Positions 1 through 10,574 of a stretch of DNA of 64,000 nt are shown here, piece by piece. The stretch covers positions 1 through 64,000 of the forward strand of contig JBBIML010000015.1 in NCBI GenBank assembly GCA_037444405.1, read 5' to 3'. Source of the DNA: Armatimonadota bacterium. Its GTDB lineage: Bacteria > Armatimonadota > Fimbriimonadia > Fimbriimonadales > GBS-DC. The translations under genes and the position numbers were made by a program. The notes beneath the pieces are model-generated. The model saw only the letters and a program-made list of their open reading frames with translations, made no database searches and had not been told where the DNA came from. How positions within the stretch are numbered: position 1 is the first letter of the stretch; every line of letters begins with the position of its first letter.

Positions 1-127
1 CGGCGAGACCGTGTTTGCTCAGCACGCGCGTGATGGCGGCGGTGAGGGTGGTCTTGCCGTGGTCGACATGACCGATCGTGCCGATGTTGACATGCGGCTT
101 CGTCCGCTCAAATTTCTGTCGTGCCAT
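1..127 (-). CDS. tuf: Elongation factor Tu, N-terminal part (runs off window)
   Basis: Reverse strand from ATG at 127 reads [33 protein letters not shown], the EF-Tu signature with its P-loop. Confidence 0.98.
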   Translation of the reverse strand, partial: MARQKFERTKPHVNIGTIGHVDHGKTTLTAAITRVLSKHGLA

Positions 128-193
128 CGTCTTATCTCCTCCGTCTGTCCGATTGGTTCTCTGTCTGAATGCTTGCTTTAAGGATACCTTAAC

Positions 194-268
194 TGGAGCC
201 CACGACGGGATTCGAACCCGTGACCTCGTCTTTACCAAAGACGCGCTCTACCCCTGAGCTACGTGGGC
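194..268 (-). tRNA. tRNA-Thr(GGT)
   Basis: GCCCACG...CGTGGGC acceptor stem, GGTTCGAATCC T-arm, anticodon GGT, encoded CCA. Confidence 0.96.
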
Positions 269-275
269 GTCCGTC

Positions 276-361
276 TGGTGGGGGGAGCAGGATTCGAACC
301 TGCGAAGGCGTCCGCCACCAGATTTACAGTCTGGCCCCTTTGGCCGCTCGGGCATCCCCCC
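276..361 (-). tRNA. tRNA-Tyr(GTA)
   Basis: GGGGGGA...TCCCCCC acceptor stem, long variable arm, anticodon GTA, CCA end. Confidence 0.96.
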
Positions 362-372
362 GCGCAGGCGTT

Positions 373-403
373 ATTATACCCACCTGCTGATGGGTTCTGT
401 CAA
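373..403 (-). promoter_or_regulatory. Sigma70-type promoter for tRNA-Tyr/tRNA-Thr/tuf
   Basis: Minus strand TTGACA (403-398), N19, TATAAT (378-373), just upstream of tRNA-Tyr. The spacer is slightly long. Confidence 0.7.
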
Positions 404-429
404 GGGGTGGAGGTATACTTCCCGCAGCA

Positions 430-1746
430 GTGGGTCTGATGATACAGAGGGTGCGGCGGCTTCTGAACGCGCGCCCAGCGGTTCGCCACATCAGCGAGCT
501 GATGCTGGGCACGCTGGTTGGTCAGGCGATTCTGATTCTTGCCGCGCCCCTTCTCACCCGCCTCTACACCCCCTCTGACTACGGCGTGCTGGCAACCTAC
601 AGTGCGCTGGTGGTGATTCTCAGCGTGGTGGTCACCCTGCGCTATGAGCTGGCACTTTTGCTACCGAGAGACCCGGCGGAAGCCGAGCAGCTCTCTTCGG
701 TGTCGGTGATGATGGTCGCGGCTCTCTCGTTGCTAACAGGCGCCCTTCTGTGGGGAATGGCGTATGGCTTGAATCTTGGCATCCTCCAGAGTGTGAAGCC
801 CTATCTGGGTCTGCTGATACTGGGGATTGCACTGTATGGCGCATCGCAGATTCTCTCCTTTCGGCGAATCCGTCTCCAGCAGTTTCGGGTTCAAGCGCAC
901 AGTCGGTGGCTGCTCGCCCTTACCTATGTGCTGACGCAGCTTACGGGTGGCTTGCTCAAACTGGGCGCGCTGGGGCTGGTGCTGGGTCAGGTGGTAGGGC
1001 AGTTTGTTGCGGCGCTCACACTCGGCTGGCGTTGGCGTCCCGATATGGGGGCGTGGCGCTTGGCATGGCTTTTGCTCAAACGGTACTGGCAGTTTCCTGT
1101 ATACAGTGTGCCTGCGGCTCTGTTGAACACCCTGAGCCAGCAGTTGCCCCTGTTGCTCGCGGCGAGCCTCTACTCTTTGAAAGAGGCGGGCTGGCTCGCG
1201 CTGGGACTGCGCCTGATTGGGACGCCTGTTGACCTTGCGGGCGCCTCCATCGGGCAGGTCTATCTGGAGCGCGCTTCAGAATATGCGCGTCGCTCCCCTG
1301 CAGAATTGCGCACGCTGGTGTGGCGTACCCTGCGAACCCTCTTTGCGATAGGTATCTTACCCACCCTACTACTGATGGCGTTTGCGCCGCCCCTGTTCGC
1401 ACTGGTGTTCGGCTCCGAATGGCGCACCACAGGCGAATATCTGCAGATTCTGGCGCCTCTGCTACTGATGCGCCTGATGGCGGCACCGATTGCCCAGACT
1501 CTGACGATTACCCGTAGCCTGCCCGCCCAGTTTGGCTGGGAGTTCATGCGAGCGCTACTGGTGTTCGCCAGTTTCTGGGTATCTGCCCAGATGAGTCAGC
1601 CCTTTCGCGTGGCGCTCGTCGGGTATACTGTGGTTTGCTTGTTGAGCCTTGGATTGCTGATCGGCTTGATACTCTGGAGTGTGCCCAGATCCCTCGACAC
1701 CAACCGTGAGGAGCTATTCCATCATGAGCCGAGTCACCTTGGTTAA
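430..1746 (+). CDS. Wzx-type oligosaccharide flippase
   Basis: Many TM helices; N-terminal 'GQAILILAAPLLTRLYTPSDYG' is typical of polysaccharide biosynthesis flippases; first gene of the cluster. Confidence 0.85.
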   Translation: MGLMIQRVRRLLNARPAVRHISELMLGTLVGQAILILAAPLLTRLYTPSDYGVLATYSALVVILSVVVTLRYELALLLPRDPAEAEQLSSVSVMMVAALSLLTGALLWGMAYGLNLGILQSVKPYLGLLILGIALYGASQILSFRRIRLQQFRVQAHSRWLLALTYVLTQLTGGLLKLGALGLVLGQVVGQFVAALTLGWRWRPDMGAWRLAWLLLKRYWQFPVYSVPAALLNTLSQQLPLLLAASLYSLKEAGWLALGLRLIGTPVDLAGASIGQVYLERASEYARRSPAELRTLVWRTLRTLFAIGILPTLLLMAFAPPLFALVFGSEWRTTGEYLQILAPLLLMRLMAAPIAQTLTITRSLPAQFGWEFMRALLVFASFWVSAQMSQPFRVALVGYTVVCLLSLGLLIGLILWSVPRSLDTNREELFHHEPSHLG

Positions 1747-3001
1747 TGCCTGGCATGATGATAACAAAGGCGATAGTGCAATTGTCATCGCCACCCTGAA
1801 TGTTCTGCAGGAGATCCTGGGCGAGAAGGCACGCTTCGGGCTGGTGGCTCAGAGCCTGACCGAGAGCGATGATATAACGCATGCCTATCGGCATGTGCGC
1901 TCGGCTTGCGGATGCGTGGAGGTGGCTCCCTGCTTGCTGCCGACGATGAAGGCAGCGGGGCACACACGCTGGCACCTCGCTCTCTCCGCGCTCAGCTACC
2001 TGTGCCGACTGCTGTCCGCATCGCTGCAGCTGAAGCGGAGTCGGAGTTCAGGGGCGCGCCTGATTGCGGAGTCGGTGCTGGTGATCAGCAAGGGCGGGCA
2101 TATGCTCCACACCGCAAAATCGAACCCACTCTATTACGCCAACCTTTACAGCCATCTGGCTCCCCTTATATTAGCCCGACACTATGGCGTGCCCTTTGTC
2201 TTATGGGGACATTCGCTGGGACCCTTCCATAATCGCCTCTCACGATGGTGGGTGCGCGCGGTGTTGAAGGACGCGGCGGCTATCGGCGTGCGTGAAAGCC
2301 TTTCCTGCGAGCTGGCTATCCAGCTGAGATTGCCACCTGACAGGGTTTATCGCGTGCCCGATCCCGCGTTTGCTCTCACCCCTGCCCTCACCCCACGCGT
2401 CGAACAATTAATGCGCGAGCATGGGTTGGAGAAAGAGCAATTTCTGGCTATCACGGTGCGCTGGATACCTCATCTGCCACGCGAGTCGTACCCCCACTAT
2501 CTGGATCAGGTCGCTAGAATAGGTGGCGAACTGCTCCGTGCTGGCTTTGTTCAGCGCGTCGCGGTCGTGGTTCATGCGATGGGTCCCATCCCGCGCGAAG
2601 ACGACTCTATCGCGTCCCAGCAGTTGCTGGAGCGTCTGCAGGGCTTGCCCGTGTGCCTGATTCAGGAAGACCTTTCACCGATGGAGCTGAGCGCTCTGTA
2701 TGGTCAGAGCAAATTTTTGCTCGGCACACGCTTCCACTCGGTGATTCTGGCACTTGTTGCAGGCACGCCCTGCTACGCGCTCTCCTACTTCGGTCCGAAA
2801 TCGCTGGGTATCATGCAGGACATGGGCATGGGCGATTGGGTCGTTCCCGCAGCGCATCTGGAGGCTGACGCAGTTGTAGAGCGCATACTTGGCGCCGATC
2901 TGAACATGATGCGGACGCATTTAGAGCAACAGATTGCTCTGGCACGTCAGACCTTCCGCGCAAGAACCTGCGAGCTGCTCCATCAGGTTGGACTGGTGTA
3001 G
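1724..3001 (+). CDS. Polysaccharide pyruvyl transferase (WcaK-like)
   Basis: Motifs NKGDSAI, GHSLGP, VRESLS, PDPAF and GTRFHS. Start taken at ATG 1724. Confidence 0.88.
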   Translation: MSRVTLVNAWHDDNKGDSAIVIATLNVLQEILGEKARFGLVAQSLTESDDITHAYRHVRSACGCVEVAPCLLPTMKAAGHTRWHLALSALSYLCRLLSASLQLKRSRSSGARLIAESVLVISKGGHMLHTAKSNPLYYANLYSHLAPLILARHYGVPFVLWGHSLGPFHNRLSRWWVRAVLKDAAAIGVRESLSCELAIQLRLPPDRVYRVPDPAFALTPALTPRVEQLMREHGLEKEQFLAITVRWIPHLPRESYPHYLDQVARIGGELLRAGFVQRVAVVVHAMGPIPREDDSIASQQLLERLQGLPVCLIQEDLSPMELSALYGQSKFLLGTRFHSVILALVAGTPCYALSYFGPKSLGIMQDMGMGDWVVPAAHLEADAVVERILGADLNMMRTHLEQQIALARQTFRARTCELLHQVGLV

Positions 3002-3019
3002 ACAGGTGGTACACAGCGA

Positions 3020-4159
3020 ATGGGTGGCTGCGTTCAGGGAGTCGGCGTTAGTCTGTTTCTACCCTCTCTGCGTGGAGGGGGCGCTGAGCGCGTGATGCTT
3101 CTGCTGGCGCATGGCTTCGCCCGGCGAGGCGTTGCCGTCGATCTGGTGCTGGCGAAAGCGGAAGGCGCCTATCTCAAGCAAGTACCTTCCGAAGTGCGTG
3201 TGGTGGATCTGAATGCATCCCGCGTGTTGTGGAGCCTCCCCCGCCTGATTCGCTACCTGAAGCGCGTGCGCCCCCCGGCGCTCCTCTCTGCCCTGGACCA
3301 TGCGAACATTATTGCGATCCTCGCCCGACGAATCGCACGAACCCCCACCCGGGTAATTGTGAGCGTACATAACACCATGAGCATTGCCACCAGAACATCC
3401 TCTACCCCACGCGCCCATTTGATCCCCTTTCTGGCACGCAGGCTCTTCCCGTCAGCTGATAGGGTTGTTGCCGTTTCCCAGGGGGTTGCTGACGACGCAA
3501 TGCAACTGTATCGACTTCCAAGGGACAAGGTGCAGGTCATCTACAATCCCGTCGTAACGCCGGAGCTACTCGATTTGGCTAATCAGACTCTGGATCACCC
3601 TTGGCTTGCCGAGGGTCAGCCCCCAGTGTTGCTGGGGGTGGGACGGCTCACCGCCCAGAAGGATTTCCCGACCCTGATCCACGCTGTTGCACGTGTGCGT
3701 CAGCAGCGTAAGGCGCGTTTGCTCATTCTGGGCGAAGGGGAAGATCGCCCTGCCTTAGAATCGCTAATCAGGCAGCTGGGGTTGGAGCAGGATGCCGCGT
3801 TGCCCGGTTTCGTGGAGAACCCGTTCGCCTACATGAAGCGAGCAGCGGTTTTTGTGCTATCGTCGCGGTGGGAGGGGCTGCCGACCGCGCTGATTGAGGC
3901 GATGGCGTGTGGCACACCCGTTGTCTCAACGGACTGCCCCAGCGGACCGCGCGAAATTCTGGAAGATGGTAAATGGGGTAAACTAGTACCTGTAGGTGAC
4001 CCAGAAAAGCTGGCGGAGGCGATTCTGGAGACGCTGGACAACCCTCCTGCATACAATCCAGCGGTGCGTGCGACAGATTTTTCACTGGAAAAGGCAGTGG
4101 AGGCTTACCTGAATGTTCTCGGCTTACAGCACAGCTCTGAAGGGAACGCGAGCGGTTAG
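3020..4159 (+). CDS. Glycosyltransferase family 4
   Basis: GGGAER near N-terminus, GRLTAQKDF, EGLPTALIEAMACG (EX7E). Confidence 0.92.
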   Translation: MGGCVQGVGVSLFLPSLRGGGAERVMLLLAHGFARRGVAVDLVLAKAEGAYLKQVPSEVRVVDLNASRVLWSLPRLIRYLKRVRPPALLSALDHANIIAILARRIARTPTRVIVSVHNTMSIATRTSSTPRAHLIPFLARRLFPSADRVVAVSQGVADDAMQLYRLPRDKVQVIYNPVVTPELLDLANQTLDHPWLAEGQPPVLLGVGRLTAQKDFPTLIHAVARVRQQRKARLLILGEGEDRPALESLIRQLGLEQDAALPGFVENPFAYMKRAAVFVLSSRWEGLPTALIEAMACGTPVVSTDCPSGPREILEDGKWGKLVPVGDPEKLAEAILETLDNPPAYNPAVRATDFSLEKAVEAYLNVLGLQHSSEGNASG

Positions 4160-5636
4160 GGCTACGCCTGCTGGATCAGAAGCGATAGCCAGCACAGGCG
4201 CCTGGCTAATCGGCGCGGGGCTGACGGTCGCGCTCTGCCTGCTGTTTATGCTGGGAATGCCTTCTGCTACTTTCTGGGCGGTTGCTGGCTTTCTACTGCT
4301 TGCCTGGGGGCTGTGGGCGTGGAAATATCCTCTACCAGCTTTTGCCTGCCTGGTGTTTGTATGGATAACGGTTTACAATCGCGCAGCTCTACCTGTATTT
4401 CAGGTGGAAGGACTGGGCAACCGTGGCGGAGTGGCTCTGGGCGACTTGCTGTGGATAATCTGCTTCGGGATATGGCTTTTGCAGCGGGTTCGTTTGAGTC
4501 GCTGGCATTTTGCCTTCTCCATCGAGCGCGTGGATATTTTGCTGGTGTATCTTGTTCCTTATCTTCTGCTCTCCGTGCTTCTGCCGATACTGGGCGTGCT
4601 GATGGGCGGCTGGTCGCCCTCGTTCGCTATTCCAGGGGTACGCCATCTGCAGTGGGTTAGTCTGGCGCTGATGAGCTACTGGGCGGTTCGAACCCACGGT
4701 CTGGAGCACCTCTGGCGTGTGATGTTGTGGGTATTTGTTGTGGCGAGCATAGCACACACGCTCCACGCTTTGATTCAGCTGCTTGCGCCTCTGGGTGTAT
4801 TGTCGTCCGACTGGCTAATCCTGGACAAAGAATTTGCTCAGCGATTCACTGCCACATGGTTTTTCTACCCGCGCACCACAGGATTACTCGTCAATCCGAA
4901 TAGCTATGGGCTTTTCGGCGCGGTGGTTCTCTTGCTGTTAAGTGCTTGCCTGCTCGCACGCCTGCGACTGAGGTTCGGCGCAACATGGCTGCTCGGGTTG
5001 TCGGGTTTATGGGCGGTGCTAAGTTCGGCTTCGCGCTCAGCGATAGTGGGGCTGGTTTCTGGCGCGCTGGTGCTGGGAGCTATTGTGCTCATGCGTGCCA
5101 TGTTGACCCATGATGAGAGGTATCTTGTTCGCCTTGCAGGGTTTACAGGCAAGGTTGTGATTGTGCTGGGAATCGTGCCGGCTCTTGCCGACGCTTTACT
5201 TCCCTCCCACCTGCTGGAAAGGGTCGTTCTGCTGGCTGGAGTGGTGATGGAGGGAGCAGAGATAGACCCGAACGCGATTGGGCGATTCGATCTATGGGAG
5301 AGCGCTCTGCAGGCGTATGAAACCGAATTTGTCTGGGGCACATGGGTGCCAGCAGGCTATGCTCTCAAATCGCCTGTAGATAGCTACTATGTCTCTCTAC
5401 TGGTTCAGGGGACACCACTCTACCTGCTTGTTTTTCTGATCGCGCTCCTGGGCGTTCTGTGGCGCGGCTGGCAGATGACCCTGACCTCGCTGCCCCTGAC
5501 AGTCGCTGCTGGATTAGCGCTGATAGCGATAGAAGCATTGATCGCCGCATCCTCACTGACCCTTTCGCCACTGTTAGAGACTCAAACCCTGACATCCTTC
5601 TGGCTATTGGTAGGGGCAGGTTTAGCATTTCAATGA
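4113..5636 (+). CDS. O-antigen polymerase/ligase (Wzy/WaaL-like) membrane protein
   Basis: Polytopic membrane protein with RTTGLLVNPN, SASRSA and R..LW motifs. Start codon uncertain. Confidence 0.75.
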   Translation: MFSAYSTALKGTRAVRATPAGSEAIASTGAWLIGAGLTVALCLLFMLGMPSATFWAVAGFLLLAWGLWAWKYPLPAFACLVFVWITVYNRAALPVFQVEGLGNRGGVALGDLLWIICFGIWLLQRVRLSRWHFAFSIERVDILLVYLVPYLLLSVLLPILGVLMGGWSPSFAIPGVRHLQWVSLALMSYWAVRTHGLEHLWRVMLWVFVVASIAHTLHALIQLLAPLGVLSSDWLILDKEFAQRFTATWFFYPRTTGLLVNPNSYGLFGAVVLLLLSACLLARLRLRFGATWLLGLSGLWAVLSSASRSAIVGLVSGALVLGAIVLMRAMLTHDERYLVRLAGFTGKVVIVLGIVPALADALLPSHLLERVVLLAGVVMEGAEIDPNAIGRFDLWESALQAYETEFVWGTWVPAGYALKSPVDSYYVSLLVQGTPLYLLVFLIALLGVLWRGWQMTLTSLPLTVAAGLALIAIEALIAASSLTLSPLLETQTLTSFWLLVGAGLAFQ

Positions 5637-6778
5637 GAAAGATATTGTTCGTCACCACAGGCTTGGCTTATGGTGGAGCCGAAACGCAGCTGAAGGAGCT
5701 GGCGATTCGGCTGAAGCGGCGGGGCTGGTCGGTGCGAATCGCCTCGATGCTGCCGCCCGCCGCGTATGTGGACGAACTTCAGCAAGCAGGCATCCCCATC
5801 GACAACCTGCACATGCGACGCAAGGTGCCTGACCCACGCGCCCTGTTTCGCCTGGCTCGCATCATACGCGAATGGCGACCCGAGGTGGTGCATGCCCATA
5901 TGGTGCATGCGAACCTGCTGGCTCGCCTCACGCGCCTGCTGGCGCCTGTGCCTGCGCTCATCTGCACGGTCCACAGTATCGACGAAGGAGGCTGGCGACG
6001 CGAGCGCGCCTATCAGCTTACCGACTGGCTGTGCAATCTCACCACGCAGGTTAGCCGCGCGGGGCTGGAACGCTATGTGCGCGTCAAAGCAGTGACAGCG
6101 CATAAAATCCTCTATATCCCAAACGGTGTGGATTTGAGCCGATTCACACCCGATTGGCAACAGCGCCACTTGAAGCGCCATGAACGGGGCTTGCAAGACG
6201 GTTTCATCTGGCTGGCGGCGGGGCGTATGGAACCCCCCAAAAACTATCCCCTCATGCTCGTCGCTTTTCACAAAGTCTCTCGGCAGTTCCCTCAAGCACG
6301 ACTGCTAATTATCGGCGATGGCTCGCTGCGCTCTGCTATAGAGCATTATATTGCGGAGATGGGACTTGAACAAGCGGTTCGATTGCTGGGCGTTCGGCAG
6401 GATGTGCCCGACTGGATGCAGATTGCCGATGCGTATGTGATGTCTTCCGCCTGGGAGGGCATGCCGATGGTGCTGCTGGAGGCGCACGCCAGCGGACTAC
6501 CGATTGTCTGCACCGATGTCGGCGGGTGTTCTGAGATTGTGCAACACGGCGTGAGCGGTTTCCTTGTGCCGCCCGGCGATGCTGATGCGCTGGCACAAGC
6601 AATGATACAGATGATGCGCTTGCCAGAACAAGAGCGCCAGGCGATGGGTTTGGCAGGGAGAACCCATGTGATGGCGAACTTCGAAATCGAGCAGGTGGTA
6701 TCCCGATGGGAAGCCCTCTATTGCGAGTGGATCGATCGCAGCATATGCCGAAAGCAACCGCGCACCCTGAACGAGTAG
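5633..6778 (+). CDS. Glycosyltransferase family 4
   Basis: MRKILFVTTGLAYGGAE, EGMPMVLLEA. ATG overlaps the upstream stop. Confidence 0.92.
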   Translation: MRKILFVTTGLAYGGAETQLKELAIRLKRRGWSVRIASMLPPAAYVDELQQAGIPIDNLHMRRKVPDPRALFRLARIIREWRPEVVHAHMVHANLLARLTRLLAPVPALICTVHSIDEGGWRRERAYQLTDWLCNLTTQVSRAGLERYVRVKAVTAHKILYIPNGVDLSRFTPDWQQRHLKRHERGLQDGFIWLAAGRMEPPKNYPLMLVAFHKVSRQFPQARLLIIGDGSLRSAIEHYIAEMGLEQAVRLLGVRQDVPDWMQIADAYVMSSAWEGMPMVLLEAHASGLPIVCTDVGGCSEIVQHGVSGFLVPPGDADALAQAMIQMMRLPEQERQAMGLAGRTHVMANFEIEQVVSRWEALYCEWIDRSICRKQPRTLNE

Positions 6779-7911
6779 CGCTCATTTCGCCGTATGCGCA
6801 GACGATTATCAGCTTTCGCGGCGCGCTCATTCGCGAGCTGGCGGCGCACGGCGCCCAGGTCTCTGTATTAGCCCCTGACTATACACCTGAAATCCGCGAA
6901 GCAGTCGCTCAGCTGGGCGCAACGCCCATTGACTATCCTTTGAATCGTACGGGAATGAATCCCTTTCAAGATGCATGCACTTTGCTTGCCCTGACACGCA
7001 TTTTGCACCGCCTTCGCCCTGATGTGGTCATCTCCTACAACATCAAGCCTGTGATTTATGGAACGCTTGCCGCATCCCTTGCCCGGGTGCCCCAGTGTGT
7101 GGCACTCATCGAGGGGCTGGGCTACGCTTTTATCGAAAAACCCTCAATCTCTTTCAAACCGCGCTTTGCCCGCGCGCTCGTAAAAACACTCTATCGCATA
7201 GCACTAAGGTGGGCGCAGGCTGTGCTGTTCCTGAACCCCGATGATTTGAACGAGTTTCTGCAGGCAGGAATTGTAGAGTCAGGAAAGGCTGTTTTGTTGG
7301 GCGGAATCGGCGTCGACTTAGAGGAATGGCAGCCCGCACCACCCGTGCTGGAGCCCATCACCTTCACGCTGGCGGCACGGCTGCTGCGCGAGAAGGGTGT
7401 TGTGGAGTTCGCGGAAGCGGCGCGCATAATCAAAATGCGTTACCCCAACACGCGCTTTCTGCTGCTGGGTGGGCTGGACACTAACCCAGGCGCCCTCACC
7501 CAGCAGGAGGTGGGGTCATGGGTTCACCAGGGCATTCTGGAGTGGCTGGGGCATGTGCCCGATGTGCGCCCACACTTCGCGCAGACCAGCGTCTATGTGT
7601 TACCTTCTTATCGCGAAGGTGTTCCCCGTAGCACGCAGGAGGCGATGGCGATGGCACGCCCCATCATCACCACCGACGCGCCCGGTTGCAGGGAAACCGT
7701 TGTCCACGGCGTAAATGGCTTTCTGGTGCCGCCCCGCGATGTGAACGCGCTGGCTGAGGCGATGGAACAGTTCATTCGGCAACCCGATTTGATTATCACG
7801 ATGGGGCAGGCAAGCCGCAAACTGGCAGAAGAGCGGTTCGATGCAACGGTTATCAACCAGCGTATCCTGCAGGCAATCGGATTGACCACTTGTGGAGGAA
7901 CATATAAATGA
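6745..7911 (+). CDS. Glycosyltransferase family 4 (PglA/CapM-like)
   Basis: FRGALI, ARLLREKGV, PSYREGVPRSTQEAMA, TTDAPGCRE. Confidence 0.9.
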   Translation: MPKATAHPERVALISPYAQTIISFRGALIRELAAHGAQVSVLAPDYTPEIREAVAQLGATPIDYPLNRTGMNPFQDACTLLALTRILHRLRPDVVISYNIKPVIYGTLAASLARVPQCVALIEGLGYAFIEKPSISFKPRFARALVKTLYRIALRWAQAVLFLNPDDLNEFLQAGIVESGKAVLLGGIGVDLEEWQPAPPVLEPITFTLAARLLREKGVVEFAEAARIIKMRYPNTRFLLLGGLDTNPGALTQQEVGSWVHQGILEWLGHVPDVRPHFAQTSVYVLPSYREGVPRSTQEAMAMARPIITTDAPGCRETVVHGVNGFLVPPRDVNALAEAMEQFIRQPDLIITMGQASRKLAEERFDATVINQRILQAIGLTTCGGTYK

Positions 7912-8765
7912 TGAGTAATGATTGTGTCGTGGTTGTTACGAACGGGAACTATTTCGCGCGGTTGATTCTGGAGCGCCTGTTGATAGAGCGTACGAATCAG
8001 GTGAGCGGTATCGTTTTGATTGAGGGGGACTACAGTGGTCGCACAGGCGTGTCGTCTCTCTGGCATGTGGGGCGACGCACCGCGCTGCCTTACACCGCCT
8101 ATAAGCTCCTTCAATACCTGATGTTCCGCGTCGCCCAAAAGTGGAATCGTCACGCCTGGCTTGAGGTAGGAGCGATGGTACGCGATCTGGGGATTCCCTG
8201 CATGCGTGCAATTAAGGTCAACAGTGTCGAGGTCTACGAATGGCTTCACGAGCGGCAGCCTGCGCTGGGAGTCTCGGTCAGTTGCCCACAACGCATCCGG
8301 GCAAAGCTCCTGAATTTGCCTGAGCGCGGCTTTCTGAATATTCACAGTTCCCTTTTGCCCGCCTATGCAGGGCTGGCTCCCTATTTCTGGGTGCTGGTAG
8401 AAAATCAACCGCAGACAGGTATTACTGTTCATTATATGACAGAGGAGTTCGATGCTGGCAACATTCTGGTGCAGCGAGCAATGCCTGTACCACCTGCTAT
8501 CAGCGCTTTTGAACTGTTTCGCCAGCTGTCTCTGTTAGGGCGCGACGCGCTCGTGGAAGCGGTGGACCTGGCGCTACAGGGCGTACAGGGCACTCCACAG
8601 AACATGAGTTGTCGTTCCTATCGCTCTCATCCAACCTGGTCTGCCTACCGCTCGCTGCGCCGTAATGGGTTTGCGATTGCTCGGTTCGGTGAATTGTATC
8701 GGGCAATCCGGGACACCCTTCAACAACAGAGACGAGTTGAGATTCCGCAGGTGAGCAGGAGATGA
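7908..8765 (+). CDS. Sugar N-formyltransferase (formyl_trans_N family)
   Basis: NIHSSLLPAYAG (HxSLLPxxxG) and EFDAG motifs; lies in the sugar cluster next to the aminotransferase. Confidence 0.85.
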   Translation: MMSNDCVVVVTNGNYFARLILERLLIERTNQVSGIVLIEGDYSGRTGVSSLWHVGRRTALPYTAYKLLQYLMFRVAQKWNRHAWLEVGAMVRDLGIPCMRAIKVNSVEVYEWLHERQPALGVSVSCPQRIRAKLLNLPERGFLNIHSSLLPAYAGLAPYFWVLVENQPQTGITVHYMTEEFDAGNILVQRAMPVPPAISAFELFRQLSLLGRDALVEAVDLALQGVQGTPQNMSCRSYRSHPTWSAYRSLRRNGFAIARFGELYRAIRDTLQQQRRVEIPQVSRR

Positions 8766-9931
8766 ATCGGCGCGAAACTTTTTTGCCTTACTCGCTACCC
8801 CTGCTCGATGAGCAGGAGGAACAAGCGGTGCTGGATGTGCTGCGCAGCGGCTGGCTGACCACAGGGCCAAAGGTTCGGCAGTTTGAGGAGCTATTTGCTG
8901 CCTACATCGGTACGCCCCACGCTATCGCGGTCAACTCCTGCACCGCCGCGATGCATCTGGTGCTGGTGGCTTGGGGTATCGGTGCAGGGGATGAGGTCAT
9001 CACCACGCCGCTCACCTTCTGCGCCACTATCGAAGCCATCGAGTATGTGGGCGCGACACCCGTGCTGGTCGATATCGACCCCGCCACCGCGAACATCGAC
9101 CCCAATCGCATCGAGGACACCCTCACGCCACGCACGCGCGCCCTCCTGCCCGTGCATTATGGTGGACTGCCCTGCGACATGGACGCCATCATGGACATCG
9201 CCGCGCGCCATCAGCTGCTGGTGCTGGAGGATGCCGCGCACGCCGTCGGTGCCACTTGCAGGGGGCGCAAAATCGGCGCGATTGCCCATGCCACCGCCTT
9301 CTCCTTCTATGCCACCAAGAATCTCACCACCGGCGAGGGTGGGATGATCACCACATTCGACGCCGAGCTGGCTGACCAGTGCCGAATCCTGAGCCTGCAC
9401 GGCATCAGCCGCGACGCATGGAAACGCTATATGGCAGCGGGCACATGGTACTACGAGGTGCAGACGCTGGGCTTCAAATATAACATGACCGACCTGCAGG
9501 CGGCGCTGGGCATCTGCCAGCTCCAGAAACTGGACGCGATGAACGCTCGCCGCCAGCAGATTGCCGCCCAGTACCACCGCGCCTTTATGGAGTGCGACTT
9601 CCTGACACCCTTCCCACCCGAAGTGCCCCCCGACCGAACCCATGTCTGGCATCTCTACACGATCCTGCTGAACCCCGATGCGCTGCGAATCGACCGCGCC
9701 CGATTTATTGAGGAGCTGAAAGCCCGCAACATTGGCACCAGCGTGCATTTCATCCCCATTCACTATCACCCGCACTACGCTCGCTATGGCTGGCAGCGCG
9801 GGCAGTTCCCCAACGCCGAGCGGTACTATGAGCGCACCATTTCCCTGCCACTCTACCCCGCCATGAGCGACCAGGATGTTGCCGATGTGATCGAAGCCGT
9901 GTATGATGTTGGAAAGTGTTGGAGAAGATAG
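8762..9931 (+). CDS. DegT/DnrJ/EryC1/StrS family NDP-sugar aminotransferase
   Basis: SGWLTTGP, EDAAHA, SFYATKNLTTGEGG (PLP lysine), GFKYNM. Confidence 0.95.
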   Translation: MNRRETFLPYSLPLLDEQEEQAVLDVLRSGWLTTGPKVRQFEELFAAYIGTPHAIAVNSCTAAMHLVLVAWGIGAGDEVITTPLTFCATIEAIEYVGATPVLVDIDPATANIDPNRIEDTLTPRTRALLPVHYGGLPCDMDAIMDIAARHQLLVLEDAAHAVGATCRGRKIGAIAHATAFSFYATKNLTTGEGGMITTFDAELADQCRILSLHGISRDAWKRYMAAGTWYYEVQTLGFKYNMTDLQAALGICQLQKLDAMNARRQQIAAQYHRAFMECDFLTPFPPEVPPDRTHVWHLYTILLNPDALRIDRARFIEELKARNIGTSVHFIPIHYHPHYARYGWQRGQFPNAERYYERTISLPLYPAMSDQDVADVIEAVYDVGKCWRR

Positions 9932-9937
9932 CTCAGG

Positions 9938-10546
9938 ATGTACGAACCATTAAAAAGAATCGTTGATTGCCTGATTGCAGGGCTGGGGCTGGTTTTGCTG
10001 GCGCCACTGATGGCGGTGATTGCCCTGCTGATTAAGCTCGATTCGCCAGGTGGTGTCTTTTTCGCCCATGAGCGCGTGGGGCGCTATGGGCGCAAGTTTA
10101 AGGTGTTGAAGTTCCGCACGATGGTGCAGGATGCGCCGAAGCGAGGCGGCGCAATCACTGCAGGGCACGACCCCCGAATCACCCGCATCGGGCGAATCCT
10201 GCGCGCCACCAAGCTGGATGAACTGCCCCAGCTCTGGAATGTTCTCAAGGGCGAGATGAGCCTCGTTGGACCGCGCCCTGAAGTCGAACAATATGTGCAG
10301 CTCTGGGAGCCAGAGCTGCGCGAGCTGGTGCTGAGCGTGCGCCCTGGCATCACGGGGCTGACCCAGATTCGCTACCGTCACGAGGAACGCCTGCTCGCCC
10401 AGCAGTCTGACCCTGAAAAGTATTACCGTGAGGTGCTGCTGCCCCTCAAGCTGGCGTCCGACGCCGAATATGTGCGCCGACGCTCGCTATTCTTCGACCT
10501 CTATCTGTTAATGCGAACCCTTGTTGCCCTGTTCGAGCGGGAGTGA
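9938..10546 (+). CDS. Bacterial sugar (phospho-glycosyl) transferase, small PglC-type
   Basis: [35 protein letters not shown]. Confidence 0.93.
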   Translation: MYEPLKRIVDCLIAGLGLVLLAPLMAVIALLIKLDSPGGVFFAHERVGRYGRKFKVLKFRTMVQDAPKRGGAITAGHDPRITRIGRILRATKLDELPQLWNVLKGEMSLVGPRPEVEQYVQLWEPELRELVLSVRPGITGLTQIRYRHEERLLAQQSDPEKYYREVLLPLKLASDAEYVRRRSLFFDLYLLMRTLVALFERE

Positions 10547-10574
10547 GACACTCCAGGTATACTTGCAGGTTGCT

